A stretch of DNA of 64,000 nt from Candidatus Micrarchaeum sp. (GCA_020723935.1 DYHY01000002.1:31465-95464), one strand, 5' to 3'. Shown: positions 38,561 through 48,692, numbered from the stretch's first letter. Notes: generated from the letters alone by a model not told the origin. Translations and numbers: made by a program.

Positions 38561-39070
38561 TCAGGCGCGCCGTCTCCTGCGGCCGGCTGCCGAAGAGCCC
38601 CTGCCCCCCAGGAACCTCCCCTCGTGCAGCTTGTAGAGCGCAAAGCCTATCGCGGTCCCGAGAACGGCACCCGCCGTGACGTCGACTACAGTGTGCACGC
38701 CCTGCATGACGCGGCTCAGAGCTATCATGAACGGGAAGAGGAGGATGATTTCGGACGACTTCCAGCGGCCGTTAAGGAAGAAGAGGAAGGAGAAGAAGGC
38801 GAAAGATATTGCCGCGTGGCCGCTGGGGAAAGCATAGTCTGCGGGGCAGGATGGCGTCCCGGCGCACGGGCGCGGGACCTGGAAGACGCCCTTGGAAGCG
38901 GCCGTTGTCACGCCCGCGACGAGGAGGACCGCGCCCAAGAAGCCGGCGAGGACCGCGAGCTTCTCGTCCCTGTGGAAAGCCTTGTGCAGGACGAGGGCGC
39001 AGAGGAAGATGCCGGCAATGAAGAGCGGGTCTGTGATTATCCCGAGGACCAGGGACAGGGCGTTGATCAT
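38561..39070 (-). CDS. PAP2-family membrane phosphatase
   Basis: PSGHAA and SRVMQGVHTVVDVTAG motifs with multiple TM helices. Confidence 0.7.
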   Translation of the reverse strand: MINALSLVLGIITDPLFIAGIFLCALVLHKAFHRDEKLAVLAGFLGAVLLVAGVTTAASKGVFQVPRPCAGTPSCPADYAFPSGHAAISFAFFSFLFFLNGRWKSSEIILLFPFMIALSRVMQGVHTVVDVTAGAVLGTAIGFALYKLHEGRFLGGRGSSAAGRRRRRA

Positions 39071-39253
39071 TTCGGTGGGGGCCGTCTTCCCGGCTTTTAA
39101 TCGTTGCCGGCGGGGACGCGGGCGTCCCCAGGGTGGGCGCTTGCGCGTCCCTCTGCCGCCTTGAAGAGTTATTGCCCGCCTACCGTTTCACCGTCACGGA
39201 TTTCGCCAGGTTCCACGGCCGAGCGGAAGCGAGGTCCGGGAATCCGGCCAGCT

Positions 39254-41029
39254 TCATTTCACCGTAACGCTCTTGGCGAGATTCCTGGGCTTGTCGACGT
39301 CGTTCCCCCTCGCGACGCCCACGTAGTAGGCGAGCATCTGCAGCGGGACCGTCGAGAGCAGGGGATAGAGCAGCGGGTCCGCGCCCTCCGGGATGCGGAT
39401 GAAGCGGTCGTAGATCTTGTTGGGCCTGTCCGAGACGCCTATGACGAGGCCCTCGCGCGCCCGCACTTCCATCGTGTTCGAGACGGTCTCCTCGTACGTG
39501 TCGTCGGCCGGGTTTATTGTCACGACTGGCACGCCCTTCTCGACGAGCGAGAGCGTCCCGTGCTTGAGCTCGCCCGCGGGCATCCCCTCCGCGTGGATGT
39601 ACGATATTTCCTTGAACTTCAGGGCGCCCTCTATCGCCGTCGCGAAGTTTATCCCGCGGCCGATGAAATAGACCGCAGGGCTGCCTTTGAGCTCCTCCGC
39701 GAGGGCTTTCACCGTCCCGCGGTTGTCCTCGATCGTCTTCTTCACGAGGGCCGCGGCGCCGTCCACGAACCCCTTCGCGTCCTTCCTGTACCTGCCCTGC
39801 AGCGCGAGGGACAGGAGCGAGAACATGAGAACCGTGGCCGAGAAGCTCTTGGTCGCGGCGACGCCCACTTCAGGACCCGCCTGCATGTAGATGACGCCGT
39901 CGCTTTCGCGCGTCAGCGTTGAGCCCAGGACGTTCACGATCGAGTAGACGCAAACCCCCCTCGCTTTCGCCGAGCGCACGGCGTCCATCACGTCCGCCGT
40001 CTCCCCGGACTGGGAGATCGCGATTATTACGGTGCCTCTGTCCATCGACTGGGCGAAATGGCTGAACTCGGATGCGAGCATAACGTCGCAGTAGATCCCC
40101 GCATCCTTCATCAGGATGTAGCGCCCGATGAGCGCCGCGTGGCGCGAGGTGCCGCAGGCTAGCATCACGACGCGCTTCGCGCCCTTGAGCTTGGCAGCTA
40201 CCCTGCGGATGCCTGCCTCGTTCTGCGCGACGACCCTTGGGATCGTCGCCGGCTGCTCTTCTATCTCCTTGAGCATAAAGTAGGGGTATCCGCCGAGCTT
40301 CGCCGCCTCCGGGGTCCAGGTTACCTTCCAGACGTCCTTCTTCACGCGCTTGCCCCGGCGGAACACCTCCACTGACCTAGGAGTTAGGACCGCAAGCTCC
40401 CCGTCGTCCACTACGAGGGCCTTGTTGGTGTGGGCGAGGAAAGCGGGGACATCGGAGGCTATGAAATTCTCCCCTTTCCCGACGCCTATGACAAGGGGGC
40501 TGGATTTCCTGACCGCGACGATCTTGCCCGGATCGCGCGACGAGACCACTCCGAGGGCGTATGACCCGTGGAGGAGGGGCAGCGTCTTTGCCACCGCCTC
40601 CTCCAGGGTCGAATCGGAGGAATAATTCTCGCCTATCAGATGGGAGACGACTTCCGTGTCGGTCTCCGAAGCGAAGACGTGGCCGCGGGAAAGGAGGCCG
40701 CTCTTGAGCTCGGCGAAGTTCTCGATTATCCCGTTGTGGATCACCGCCACCGTCCCGGACTGGTCGAAATGCGGGTGGCTGTTTGGCACCGAGGGCTTCC
40801 CGTGCGTCGCCCAGCGCGTGTGCGCCATCCCGGTCGTCCCGTTGAAGGTCGAATAGTCTATCTGGGATTCGAGGCCCGCGACCCTTCCGACCGCCTTCTT
40901 GACCTCAAGCTTGCCGTTGACGACGACGATTCCCGCGGAATCGTATCCCCTGTATTCGAGGGTCTTGAGGCTGTCGACTAGAATCCTGGCGCAGTTCTTG
41001 TCACCGACATATCCTATGATTCCGCACAT
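39254..41029 (-). CDS. glmS: Glutamine–fructose-6-phosphate aminotransferase
   Basis: Starts MCGIIGYVG (the Ntn Cys), has two SIS-domain regions, and ends KSVTVK. Confidence 0.92.
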   Translation of the reverse strand: MCGIIGYVGDKNCARILVDSLKTLEYRGYDSAGIVVVNGKLEVKKAVGRVAGLESQIDYSTFNGTTGMAHTRWATHGKPSVPNSHPHFDQSGTVAVIHNGIIENFAELKSGLLSRGHVFASETDTEVVSHLIGENYSSDSTLEEAVAKTLPLLHGSYALGVVSSRDPGKIVAVRKSSPLVIGVGKGENFIASDVPAFLAHTNKALVVDDGELAVLTPRSVEVFRRGKRVKKDVWKVTWTPEAAKLGGYPYFMLKEIEEQPATIPRVVAQNEAGIRRVAAKLKGAKRVVMLACGTSRHAALIGRYILMKDAGIYCDVMLASEFSHFAQSMDRGTVIIAISQSGETADVMDAVRSAKARGVCVYSIVNVLGSTLTRESDGVIYMQAGPEVGVAATKSFSATVLMFSLLSLALQGRYRKDAKGFVDGAAALVKKTIEDNRGTVKALAEELKGSPAVYFIGRGINFATAIEGALKFKEISYIHAEGMPAGELKHGTLSLVEKGVPVVTINPADDTYEETVSNTMEVRAREGLVIGVSDRPNKIYDRFIRIPEGADPLLYPLLSTVPLQMLAYYVGVARGNDVDKPRNLAKSVTVK

Positions 41030-41105
41030 GTTTCAACAGTTCGCCTTGGAACAGGCTTCGTTTAATAAGCATTACTCAAACTAGTCTCCGACACCCAAAA
41101 GAGGA

Positions 41106-42113
41106 TTGAAAGTGGTCGCAAAAATGGGGACTGTTTCAGGCTCCGTTCAGGACAATCATTATAAATTCAATACAAGTAGTGTTGCAATGGTGTTAATAGT
41201 AGAGAAGGAGGGCGGCAAGTACCGCGCGCTCGAGGGCAAGCTCGTGACGCCGCAGGCTTTCGCAGTCCTCCTGCATCCAGTGAGGCTGAAGATCCTCTCG
41301 GAGCTGTCGCGCGAGCCCTCCTACCCCTCGAAGCTCGCCGAGAAGATGAGGATGAGCGAGCAGAAGGTCTTCTATCACGTGCGCGCGCTCAAGAAGGCGG
41401 GCCTCGTCGAGGTGGAGAAGAAGGAGGAGATGCGCGGGGGCCTTGCCAAGTACTTCCGTGCGGTGGATTCCGCTTTCGCGATCAAGCTCTCGGGCGAGAA
41501 GTCCTTCGACCTCCCCGTCGAGGGGCGGAAGGACGCGGGCGCGTTCTTCTCGGCGTTCGCGGACAGGAGCGGCAACTTCGACGGCCTGATCGTCGTGGGA
41601 TCGCCCGACCCGCACGGCCCCAACAAGGCGAGGGCGAGGGACGGCCACTACGCCGCGGACCTCGCGATGCTCATGGGGAAGTTCGCGAGGATCAACGGAT
41701 CGGTGACGCGCACGGACACGGAGCTCAAGGAGAGCGAGCGGCGGCGCAATCTCGTCCTCATCGGCGGGCCGATAACGAACATGGTCGTGGGCGAAGCCAA
41801 CGCGGCCCTCCCCGTCAGGTTCGATCCCGCCCACAACTGGGACATATTCTCGGAGATATCGGGCACGTACTACCACGAGGAGGAATGCGGCCTGATAGTG
41901 CGCGCGAAGAACCCCTGGAACCCAGAGGCGGAGATCCTCGTCGTCGCCGGGAAGAGGTTCTCCGGGACGAAATCTGCGGTCCTCGCCCTGATTTCGAAAG
42001 GGGAGCAGGTCGCCGAGGGGAACGTCGGAAGGAGGAAGGCGTTCGCCAAGGTCGTGGAGGGCGCGGATCTTGACGGCGACGGGATCGTCGATTCGGTCGA
42101 GATAAGAGAGTGA
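41106..42113 (+). CDS. ArsR-type wHTH transcriptional regulator with a large C-terminal domain
   Basis: The HTH region (LLHPVRLKILSELSREPSYPSKLAEKMRMSEQKVFYHVRALKKAGLV) is followed by 230 aa of unknown function. Confidence 0.6.
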   Translation: MKVVAKMGTVSGSVQDNHYKFNTSSVAMVLIVEKEGGKYRALEGKLVTPQAFAVLLHPVRLKILSELSREPSYPSKLAEKMRMSEQKVFYHVRALKKAGLVEVEKKEEMRGGLAKYFRAVDSAFAIKLSGEKSFDLPVEGRKDAGAFFSAFADRSGNFDGLIVVGSPDPHGPNKARARDGHYAADLAMLMGKFARINGSVTRTDTELKESERRRNLVLIGGPITNMVVGEANAALPVRFDPAHNWDIFSEISGTYYHEEECGLIVRAKNPWNPEAEILVVAGKRFSGTKSAVLALISKGEQVAEGNVGRRKAFAKVVEGADLDGDGIVDSVEIRE

Positions 42114-42219
42114 CAATCGAATCGATGGTCGGCGGCTCCCGGGAGCCCTTCGCGGAGGAAGCGCCGGCGCAGGAGAGACGGGGGGCGGCCCCGCCGGAAG
42201 GAAATCTCCCGCCAGGATC

Positions 42220-42570
42220 TCAGAGCAGGCTCTCTATTTGCTTGCCCCAGTGGGCGCCGGCGACGATGAGCACCGCTCCGAGGCCGAAGAAGATGAGGGA
42301 TATGTATTTGAGGCCCCCGGTGGGCTTGACGAGGCCGCTTATCGCCTCGTATATCCCTATCAGGACGAGGCCGACATAGATCGACGTGAAGGCGAAGGCG
42401 AGGGTTATGAGGAACGTCTCCTTCTTGGAGAGGACGAGGTAGCGTTCGGAGACGGTTATCCTCTTGAGGATGTTCTCGGCGAGGCCCTTGAGGCCCCAGG
42501 CGTAGACGAGGAGGATGAATATCGTTATGACAAACGAATGGTCCCTCACTAGGACGGATGCATCAACCAT
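42220..42570 (-). CDS. Small integral membrane protein (3 TM)
   Basis: 116 aa, dominated by three hydrophobic helices. Confidence 0.5.
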   Translation of the reverse strand: MVDASVLVRDHSFVITIFILLVYAWGLKGLAENILKRITVSERYLVLSKKETFLITLAFAFTSIYVGLVLIGIYEAISGLVKPTGGLKYISLIFFGLGAVLIVAGAHWGKQIESLL

Positions 42571-42659
42571 TCAGTGACGGTGAGAACGCCCCTATTAAAA
42601 TGCTTTTTCCGCAGCAAAGGTAAAAAAGGGCCTCCCCGAGCCTTCCCGAGGGCGCCAAA

Positions 42660-42989
42660 ATGGGTTTCATACAGATAGGAAGGGGAAGCGCGAAGAAGAG
42701 GTCGCGGTTCCTCCACCTCCTAGACTTCAAGAACCTGAGGATAATATTCAGTAAGGATGAGAAGGGCGTGCGCGTTGAGGCGTGCGAGAGCAAGGACGCC
42801 CCGCCCTACGTCGCGACGGTCAAGTTCTCGTTCTACATAACGGAGAAGGAATACCGCAGGATCGCGACCAAGCACAAAAACATCATATGCAGGATGATGA
42901 GCCAGCTGGAAGGGCTCTCGGAGACGATAGAGGACCTCTACAAGAGGAAGCGGGGCAAGGGGGGTCTGGGCGATGGCAGCGAAGGGTAG
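42660..42989 (+). CDS. Hypothetical protein
   Basis: 109 aa with a Lys/Glu-rich tail. Confidence 0.35.
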   Translation: MGFIQIGRGSAKKRSRFLHLLDFKNLRIIFSKDEKGVRVEACESKDAPPYVATVKFSFYITEKEYRRIATKHKNIICRMMSQLEGLSETIEDLYKRKRGKGGLGDGSEG

Positions 42990-43293
42990 GAAGGCGGAGG
43001 GCAAGCCGTTGGGCAAGCCGTTGGGCAAGCCGTTGGGCAAGCCTTCAGGAAAGGCTGGTGCGGCTGGGAGCGCCCCCGCCGGGGCGAAGTTCAAGATCAT
43101 CCACGACGTCCCTACCTGCATCGGCTGCGGGGCGTGCGCGGCTGTCTCCTCCAACTGGGTGATGAAGGGCGAGAAGGCAAAGGTCAAGGTCATGCTGCTC
43201 GGGAAGCTAGGCGACAACATAGACGCCGCGGAATCCTGCCCGGTCACCTGCATACACATCGTCGACCTGCAGAAGAACAAGAAGCTCATCTGA
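42973..43293 (+). CDS. Small single-cluster ferredoxin-like protein with N-terminal (GKPL)3 repeat
   Basis: CIGCGACAAV ... CPVTCI Cys pattern. The 12-nt tandem repeat gggcaagccgtt x3 lies at about 43000–43035. Confidence 0.55.
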   Translation: MAAKGRKAEGKPLGKPLGKPLGKPSGKAGAAGSAPAGAKFKIIHDVPTCIGCGACAAVSSNWVMKGEKAKVKVMLLGKLGDNIDAAESCPVTCIHIVDLQKNKKLI

Positions 43294-43326
43294 TCCGCGG
43301 ACGCGCGCCCACTTCCTTCGAAAAAA

Positions 43327-43938
43327 ATGGCGATAAGACAAATCAACCTGTTCGGCGAGAAGAGGAGGCATGTCTGGAAGTTCGGCAGGATCTTCGGTCC
43401 CCGGGCAGGGAAATCCGACAGCGGGGCGGAAGCCGAAATCGCCGCTTTCCTGAAAGAAAATGGGGTCAGCTTCAAATCGCACCCGTTCATACTTCCCGCG
43501 GCGAGGAGGCGGAAGCCTGCGTTCTCCGAGGCCGAGAAGGGGGAAATAGTGCGCAAGGGCTCGGGCCTGCCTGCCGGGGATCTGGAGCTCGTCCTCAAGA
43601 GAACGCCCCTTGCGCGGGTGAGGCCGGAGCTTTTCAGGTCCGACTTCCTGGTTGAGGGGCGGCGCGCCGGGCGGCCGGCGAGGGTCTTTGTCGAATACCT
43701 CGGCCTGCACAACCCGCGGACGAAGGTGACCGCGGCCGCGATGAGGCGGCGCCACTACAGGCAGATAGCCGCCTACACTTTCGTGAAGACGCCCCTCAGG
43801 GAGGAGCTCTATAGGAGAGCGGGCCTCGAAGTTGTCATGCTAGGCAAAAAGGACCTCTCGGATCTTGGGACTGCCCTGGCAAGCGTCCTCGGAATGGATC
43901 AGGAAGGGAGCACGCTACACGGCAGAAGATTCGCATGA
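43327..43938 (+). CDS. Hypothetical protein
   Basis: 203 aa. No motifs I recognise. Confidence 0.4.
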   Translation: MAIRQINLFGEKRRHVWKFGRIFGPRAGKSDSGAEAEIAAFLKENGVSFKSHPFILPAARRRKPAFSEAEKGEIVRKGSGLPAGDLELVLKRTPLARVRPELFRSDFLVEGRRAGRPARVFVEYLGLHNPRTKVTAAAMRRRHYRQIAAYTFVKTPLREELYRRAGLEVVMLGKKDLSDLGTALASVLGMDQEGSTLHGRRFA

Positions 43939-43997
43939 GGCCCTGTAGCCGCGCGGGAAAAGCGCTAAAAGCAGGCCGCCCGGCGCACGCGGGCATC

Positions 43998-45170
43998 ATG
44001 GCAGGGAAGAAGAAATACGACGTATACTCGGAAAGCCTGAAGCTGCACGAGAAGCTCAGGGGAAGCTGGAGACTGTCTCAAAGGCGCGCATCAGCAGCAG
44101 GAAGCTGCTCTCCCTCCTTTACACCCCGGGCGTCGCGGAGGCGTCAAGAGTCCTTGCGAAGGACCCGTCGCTTGCGAGGAAGCTCACGGTCAAGGGCAAC
44201 ATGGTCGCCGTCGTCTCGGACGGCTCGGCGGTCCTGGGCCTCGGAAACATCGGCGCGTACGGCGCGATCCCCGTGATGGAGGGCAAGGCCGTCCTCTTCA
44301 AGGAGCTTGGGGGTGTCGACGCCTTCCCGCTATGCTTGGAGACGCAGGATCCGCAGGAGATAATCGGGATAGTGAAGGCCATATCGCCCGTGTTCGGCGG
44401 GGTGAACCTTGAGGACATCTCGGCGCCCAGGTGCTTCGAGGTCGAGGCGCAGCTTCAGGACATCGGGATCCCTGTCATGCACGACGACCAGCACGGGACT
44501 GCGGTCGTCGTCCTCGCGGCGCTCAAGAACGCCCTGAAGGTCGTGGGGAAGAAGGCGGAAGACTGCAAGGTCGTGATAAGCGGCGCGGGGGCCGCGGGCA
44601 CCGCGACCGCCAGGCTCCTCCTCGCGTCGGCCGAAAGGCCGGGTGAGATAGCGGTCTGCGACAACAAGGGCCTCGTCTCCGCCGACAGGAGCGACCTCAA
44701 CGGCCCGAAGGTCGAGCTCGCGACTCACTCTCACCGGCCAGAGAAAGTCGATGGGCCTTGCGGAGGCGCTCAAGGGGACGGACGTCTTCATCGGCCTCTC
44801 CGCGCCCGGGATAGTGACGCGCGGGATGGTCGCGGCAATGGGGAGATCGGCCGTCGTCTTTGCGATGGCAAACCCCGTCCCGGAGATAATGCCCTCGGAA
44901 GCCCTGGCGGCCGGCGCGGCCGTCGTCGGGAGCGGGAGGAGCGACTTCCCCAACCAGATAAACAACGTCCTCGCGTTCCCCGGGATCTTCCGGGGGGCTC
45001 TGGACTCCGGAGCGACGAGGATAACCACGCAGATGAAGCTCTCCGCGGCCGAGGCGATAGCCTCGCTCGTGAAGCGCCCGACGGCGAGGAAGATACTCCC
45101 CGGCCCTCTGGACAGGAAGGTAGCAAGAGCCGTCGCAAGGGCTGTCGCCGGAAAGGCCGCCAGGGCCTAG
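43998..45170 (+). pseudogene. NAD(P)-dependent malic enzyme, interrupted by two compensating 1-nt frameshifts
   Basis: N-terminus MAGKKKYDVYSESLKLHEKLRG is in frame 0. The middle (YTPGVAEAS ... GNMVAVVSDGSAVLGLGNIGAYGAIPVMEGKAVLFK ... SGAGAAG) is in frame 2 (track ORF 44201). The C-terminus (GTDVFIGLSAPG ... ANPVPEI ... NNVLAFPGIFRGAL) is back in frame 0 (track ORF 44751). The shifts sit at ggaag (expected ggaaag) near 44066 and at gagaaagtc (expected gagaagtc) near 44735. Confidence 0.7.
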
Positions 45171-45171
45171 C

Positions 45172-45852
45172 CTAGCGCGCCTTCTTCCGCTTCTTCTTCG
45201 CCTTCCCGCCTTTCCCGGGGCATCCCCCGGCCTCGGCTTTCCAGCAGAAATAGGAATATGCTATGGGCACGAGGGCGCCGACGAGGAGGATCCCCAGTAG
45301 GAACCCTATGCTCTCCTTGGCGACTAGGGCGTAGAGGGCCATCACCGCGCCCGTGGCGATGAAGGTCTTGCCGCCCAGGTCGTGCGTCCGCTTCCATACC
45401 CGGTCGCTCGAAAGGCTCCAGGGCGTCCTTATCCCGCAGAAGTAGTTCCTCGGGACCCTGGGGAGGACGAAGCCGAGGTAGCCCATGAAAAAGCCGGAGA
45501 GGAACATCGCCCAGGAGGCGACGTCAGTCCCCTTCCCCAGGTACGACGAGAGGATGACCGCGTTGAGCGCGAAGAAGAACGCGCACGCTCCGAAGGACAC
45601 CTCCCCGAGGACAGTCCCCAAAGACGCCTTCTTCTCCTCGTTGACTATCGGGTCTATCTCATGGAGCTTCTCGATGACGAGGAAGACCACCGCCGAGATC
45701 GCCGGAAGGAGGAAGAGCCCGATGTCGCGGGAGGCGAAGCCGTCCGCCTGGCCGGCGATGTTCCAGTGTATCGGGACCGTGGCGGGCACGAACGGGTAGA
45801 TGAATAGCGAGAGCAGGAACGACGCGGCGACCAGCACGAAAGTCCATCTCAT
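45172..45852 (-). CDS. SdpI/YhfL-family membrane protein
   Basis: DUF1648-like N-terminal helices and the SdpI-like motif TPWSLSSDRVWKRTHDLGGKTFIATG. Confidence 0.6.
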   Translation of the reverse strand: MRWTFVLVAASFLLSLFIYPFVPATVPIHWNIAGQADGFASRDIGLFLLPAISAVVFLVIEKLHEIDPIVNEEKKASLGTVLGEVSFGACAFFFALNAVILSSYLGKGTDVASWAMFLSGFFMGYLGFVLPRVPRNYFCGIRTPWSLSSDRVWKRTHDLGGKTFIATGAVMALYALVAKESIGFLLGILLVGALVPIAYSYFCWKAEAGGCPGKGGKAKKKRKKAR

Positions 45853-45905
45853 GGCGCCAGGGACGTGCGGCGCATATTTAAAACGAGGGGAGGGTTTGCC
45901 CGCAA

Positions 45906-46397
45906 ATGAGGCTTGCGACGCTCTGCTTCCTGACGAGGAGGGGCCGGATCCTCCTGATGAGGAAGAAGTGCGGGATAGGCGCCGGCAAGTACACCGGGCC
46001 CGGCGGGAAGATCGAGCCGGGCGAGAGCCCGCGGGGTGCCGCCGCGAGGGAGGTCTTGGAGGAGGTTTGCGTGAAGGTGCTCCCGGAGGACCTGGAGCTC
46101 ATGGGCGTGTGCAAGTTCCACTTCGGCAGGAAGCATTTCATGGAAGTCTTCGTCTTCAAGGGGACGAAGTTCTCGGGAAAGCCCTCTGAGACGGAGGAGG
46201 CAGACCCTAGGTGGTTCCCCTTGCGCGACATACCCTACACGGAGATGTGGGAGGACGGCAGGTACTGGCTCCCCCTCCTCCTAGCGGGGAAGAGGTTCGG
46301 CGGGACTTTCAAGTTCGATCCGTCCAGGGAGAGGCTGGTCTCGCACAGGCTCAGGATACTGCCGTCTTCCCCTTCCGGCGGCCGCAGGAATCCCTGA
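45906..46397 (+). CDS. NUDIX hydrolase
   Basis: The Nudix box GKIEPGESPRGAAAREVLEEVCV has the form Gx5Ex7REVxEE. Confidence 0.8.
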   Translation: MRLATLCFLTRRGRILLMRKKCGIGAGKYTGPGGKIEPGESPRGAAAREVLEEVCVKVLPEDLELMGVCKFHFGRKHFMEVFVFKGTKFSGKPSETEEADPRWFPLRDIPYTEMWEDGRYWLPLLLAGKRFGGTFKFDPSRERLVSHRLRILPSSPSGGRRNP

Positions 46398-46422
46398 TAA
46401 GCCCGCTGGGACCGCGCGGCCG

Positions 46423-47325
46423 CTAGGGCTTCTGGAGGATGAGAATGTTCCCGCGCCCGCGCTTGAACTTCCTCACGAGGCCCCGCGCTTCCATCTCCGA
46501 TATCACCAGGCTCGCCTTGGCCTCGGAATACGGGAGCATCCGCCTGAGGTCGCGCTGGCTTATCCTTCCTCCGGCCGCCTCGACCTTCGAGAGGACCTCC
46601 TGCACGTCGTGCGAGAGCGTTTCGGCGAACGACAGCGCCCCTTCGCCTCCGGGCTTCTGCTGGGCCCGGACCTGCGCGGGAGGCCTCGCTGGCACGGTGG
46701 CGCGCGCCCGCGCCCCGGGCCGGGCGGACGGTCGTCTCCTCTTCCTGGGCGCCCCGCCCTTTGCCGGTGGCGCCCGCCTTGCAGGAGGAAGGGCTGCTGC
46801 GTTCCTTCTGCGGAAAAATGCGAAAGGGAGCGCCGCTAGGGCGAGGGCCGCCGCGGCTAGCGCGAGAGGAAGATACTCCGTCCAGGCGCCCGAGTCGAGA
46901 AGGAGGTCGGAAGGCGAGGGGGGTGCGTCGCCGCCCTTGAGGTCGTCTAGGGGGCCGGCGCTGGAAGCGGGATAGTATTCCGGCGGGAATAAGATGAGGT
47001 CGACGGAATAGGACCCGTCCGCTCCCACAGGGACCTCCAGCAGGACCTCGTCGTAGAGAGCCGTCCTCCCGTCCCTGACGTAGCGGGCGGAGATCTTGTA
47101 GTATCCTGCCGGGACGTCGAAGGAATATTCGCCTCCTTTCGTCACGGCCGCCTGAGCGGGCGTCGTGTTTATCTCGACGACCGACGGATCCATGACGTCC
47201 AGGGTGCTCCACTCGTGCGTCGAGCCGGAGATCCTGGAGAGGGCGAGCGCGGGGCTCGGGAGGATGAGGAGGCTAAAGAGGAGGACCGTCGCAAGAGAAG
47301 CGAAGAGGCGCACGCGAAGCTTCAT
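46423..47325 (-). CDS. Membrane-anchored transcriptional regulator. Layout: extracellular domain, TM helix, cytoplasmic wHTH.
   Basis: Signal peptide, a 190-aa extracytoplasmic domain, TM helix LPLALAAAALALAALPFAFF, an Arg/Pro-rich linker, and a C-terminal wHTH (ISQRDLRRMLPYSEAKASLVISEMEARGLVRKFKRGRG). Confidence 0.55.
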   Translation of the reverse strand: MKLRVRLFASLATVLLFSLLILPSPALALSRISGSTHEWSTLDVMDPSVVEINTTPAQAAVTKGGEYSFDVPAGYYKISARYVRDGRTALYDEVLLEVPVGADGSYSVDLILFPPEYYPASSAGPLDDLKGGDAPPSPSDLLLDSGAWTEYLPLALAAAALALAALPFAFFRRRNAAALPPARRAPPAKGGAPRKRRRPSARPGARARATVPARPPAQVRAQQKPGGEGALSFAETLSHDVQEVLSKVEAAGGRISQRDLRRMLPYSEAKASLVISEMEARGLVRKFKRGRGNILILQKP

Positions 47326-47433
47326 TTCCGGTTCCGCTCAAAACGGGCATTTAAAGCTTTATCTCGCCAGCCAGATAAAGCTTCACAGACGGCCGCAAGT
47401 TTCCTTATAAGAAAAGGCGGGCGGTCCGCCGGC

Positions 47434-48396
47434 ATGAAAAGCAAAAAGTCGGGCGCGGCGGGAAAGAAGGCCGCCGCGCAGGGGCGTGCCGGAGGAGTGG
47501 CAGGCACCGAAAGGGGCGCGGCGGTTGTCGCCGCCGCCTTGTTCATGGTCCTGCTCGTCGTCTCCGGTTCGCTCGCGCCGGCCTTCGCTGTGGGCGGGGC
47601 GCAGGTGCGGGAGAGGTACAACCAGGCGAGGGCCGAATACGTGGGCATGCGCGCGAAATACCTGGGCGCTAGGGCCACGTATGCTCAGGCAAGGGGCGAG
47701 TTCTTCGGCCTGCGCGCGGACTTCCTGAAGGCGAGGCGCCTTGGAAGGGGCGGGAACGTGAGCGAGGGCGACCTCCTAGGGAAGGCCAAGGACTACATGA
47801 CAAAGTCCGCGGACTACCTGGACGGCATGGTCGGGTTCATGGGCCGCGAGGTGGAGCTGGCCAACTGGACGAGCGACGAGCAGAGGGCCGAGTGGCTCAC
47901 CAAGCTTGACGGCTACGGCTTGAGCATCGCGGCGATCAAGGGGACTATCGCATCGGCCGCGACAAGGCAGGATCTCCTCTCGGCGGCGAAGGAGCTCAAG
48001 GACGTCTGGACGCAGGTGACAAGGGACGGACGGGTGATGCTGGGCGTCGTCACGGCGGACAAGCTCGGCGCGTTCATAGGGCAGCTGGAGAACGTCTCCG
48101 CGAGGATAGGGGCCCTTGCCGAGAAGGCGAAGGCGAACGGGACCGACACCTCCGCGGTGGAGGCGAAGCTCTCCGAGTTCGACGCGAAGATTGCGGACGC
48201 CAAGGCGAAATACCAGGTAGCCAAGAGCGACTACCTTGCGGGCGACTTCGAGAGCGCCAGGAATCGCCTCAAGGACGCGCACGGCAGCGTGAAGGACGCC
48301 TACGCAATACTGCGCGAAACCCTGAAGATGATACGGGACCTTGCGAAGGCGCGCCGGGTCTCCGATGGTAACGGCTCCGCTTCTCCGTCCGTCTGA
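47434..48396 (+). CDS. Secreted or anchored coiled-coil protein
   Basis: Internal ATG of ORF 47215. Lys-rich N-terminus, hydrophobic helix, then Ala/Lys/Glu-rich repeats. Confidence 0.5.
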   Translation: MKSKKSGAAGKKAAAQGRAGGVAGTERGAAVVAAALFMVLLVVSGSLAPAFAVGGAQVRERYNQARAEYVGMRAKYLGARATYAQARGEFFGLRADFLKARRLGRGGNVSEGDLLGKAKDYMTKSADYLDGMVGFMGREVELANWTSDEQRAEWLTKLDGYGLSIAAIKGTIASAATRQDLLSAAKELKDVWTQVTRDGRVMLGVVTADKLGAFIGQLENVSARIGALAEKAKANGTDTSAVEAKLSEFDAKIADAKAKYQVAKSDYLAGDFESARNRLKDAHGSVKDAYAILRETLKMIRDLAKARRVSDGNGSASPSV

Positions 48397-48410
48397 GGAG
48401 GCTGCGGGAA

Positions 48411-48692
48411 ATGGCACGCAATAAGAGAGGCGCGTCGGGCGAGCGCCGCGGGGCGGGGAGTGCGATCTTCGCGATCCTCCTCCTCGCGATTGCCGTCTTC
48501 CTGGCCGGATGCGCGGTCCGGACGGGGGCGCCGGCGGGCGGGCAGCCTCAGCAGCAGCAGCAGCAACAGGCAGACACGTTGTCGGACCAGGAGCTGGACT
48601 CTATCGGGCAGGACCTGAGCAGCTTCGACCCGACGGCGGACGCAAGCCAGCTGGACGTCCCGGATTTCGACGGCGACCTGACGGGGCCGTAA
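48411..48692 (+). CDS. Small lipoprotein with poly-Gln tract
   Basis: Lipobox LAGC, then Q9, then an acidic tail. Confidence 0.5.
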   Translation: MARNKRGASGERRGAGSAIFAILLLAIAVFLAGCAVRTGAPAGGQPQQQQQQQADTLSDQELDSIGQDLSSFDPTADASQLDVPDFDGDLTGP

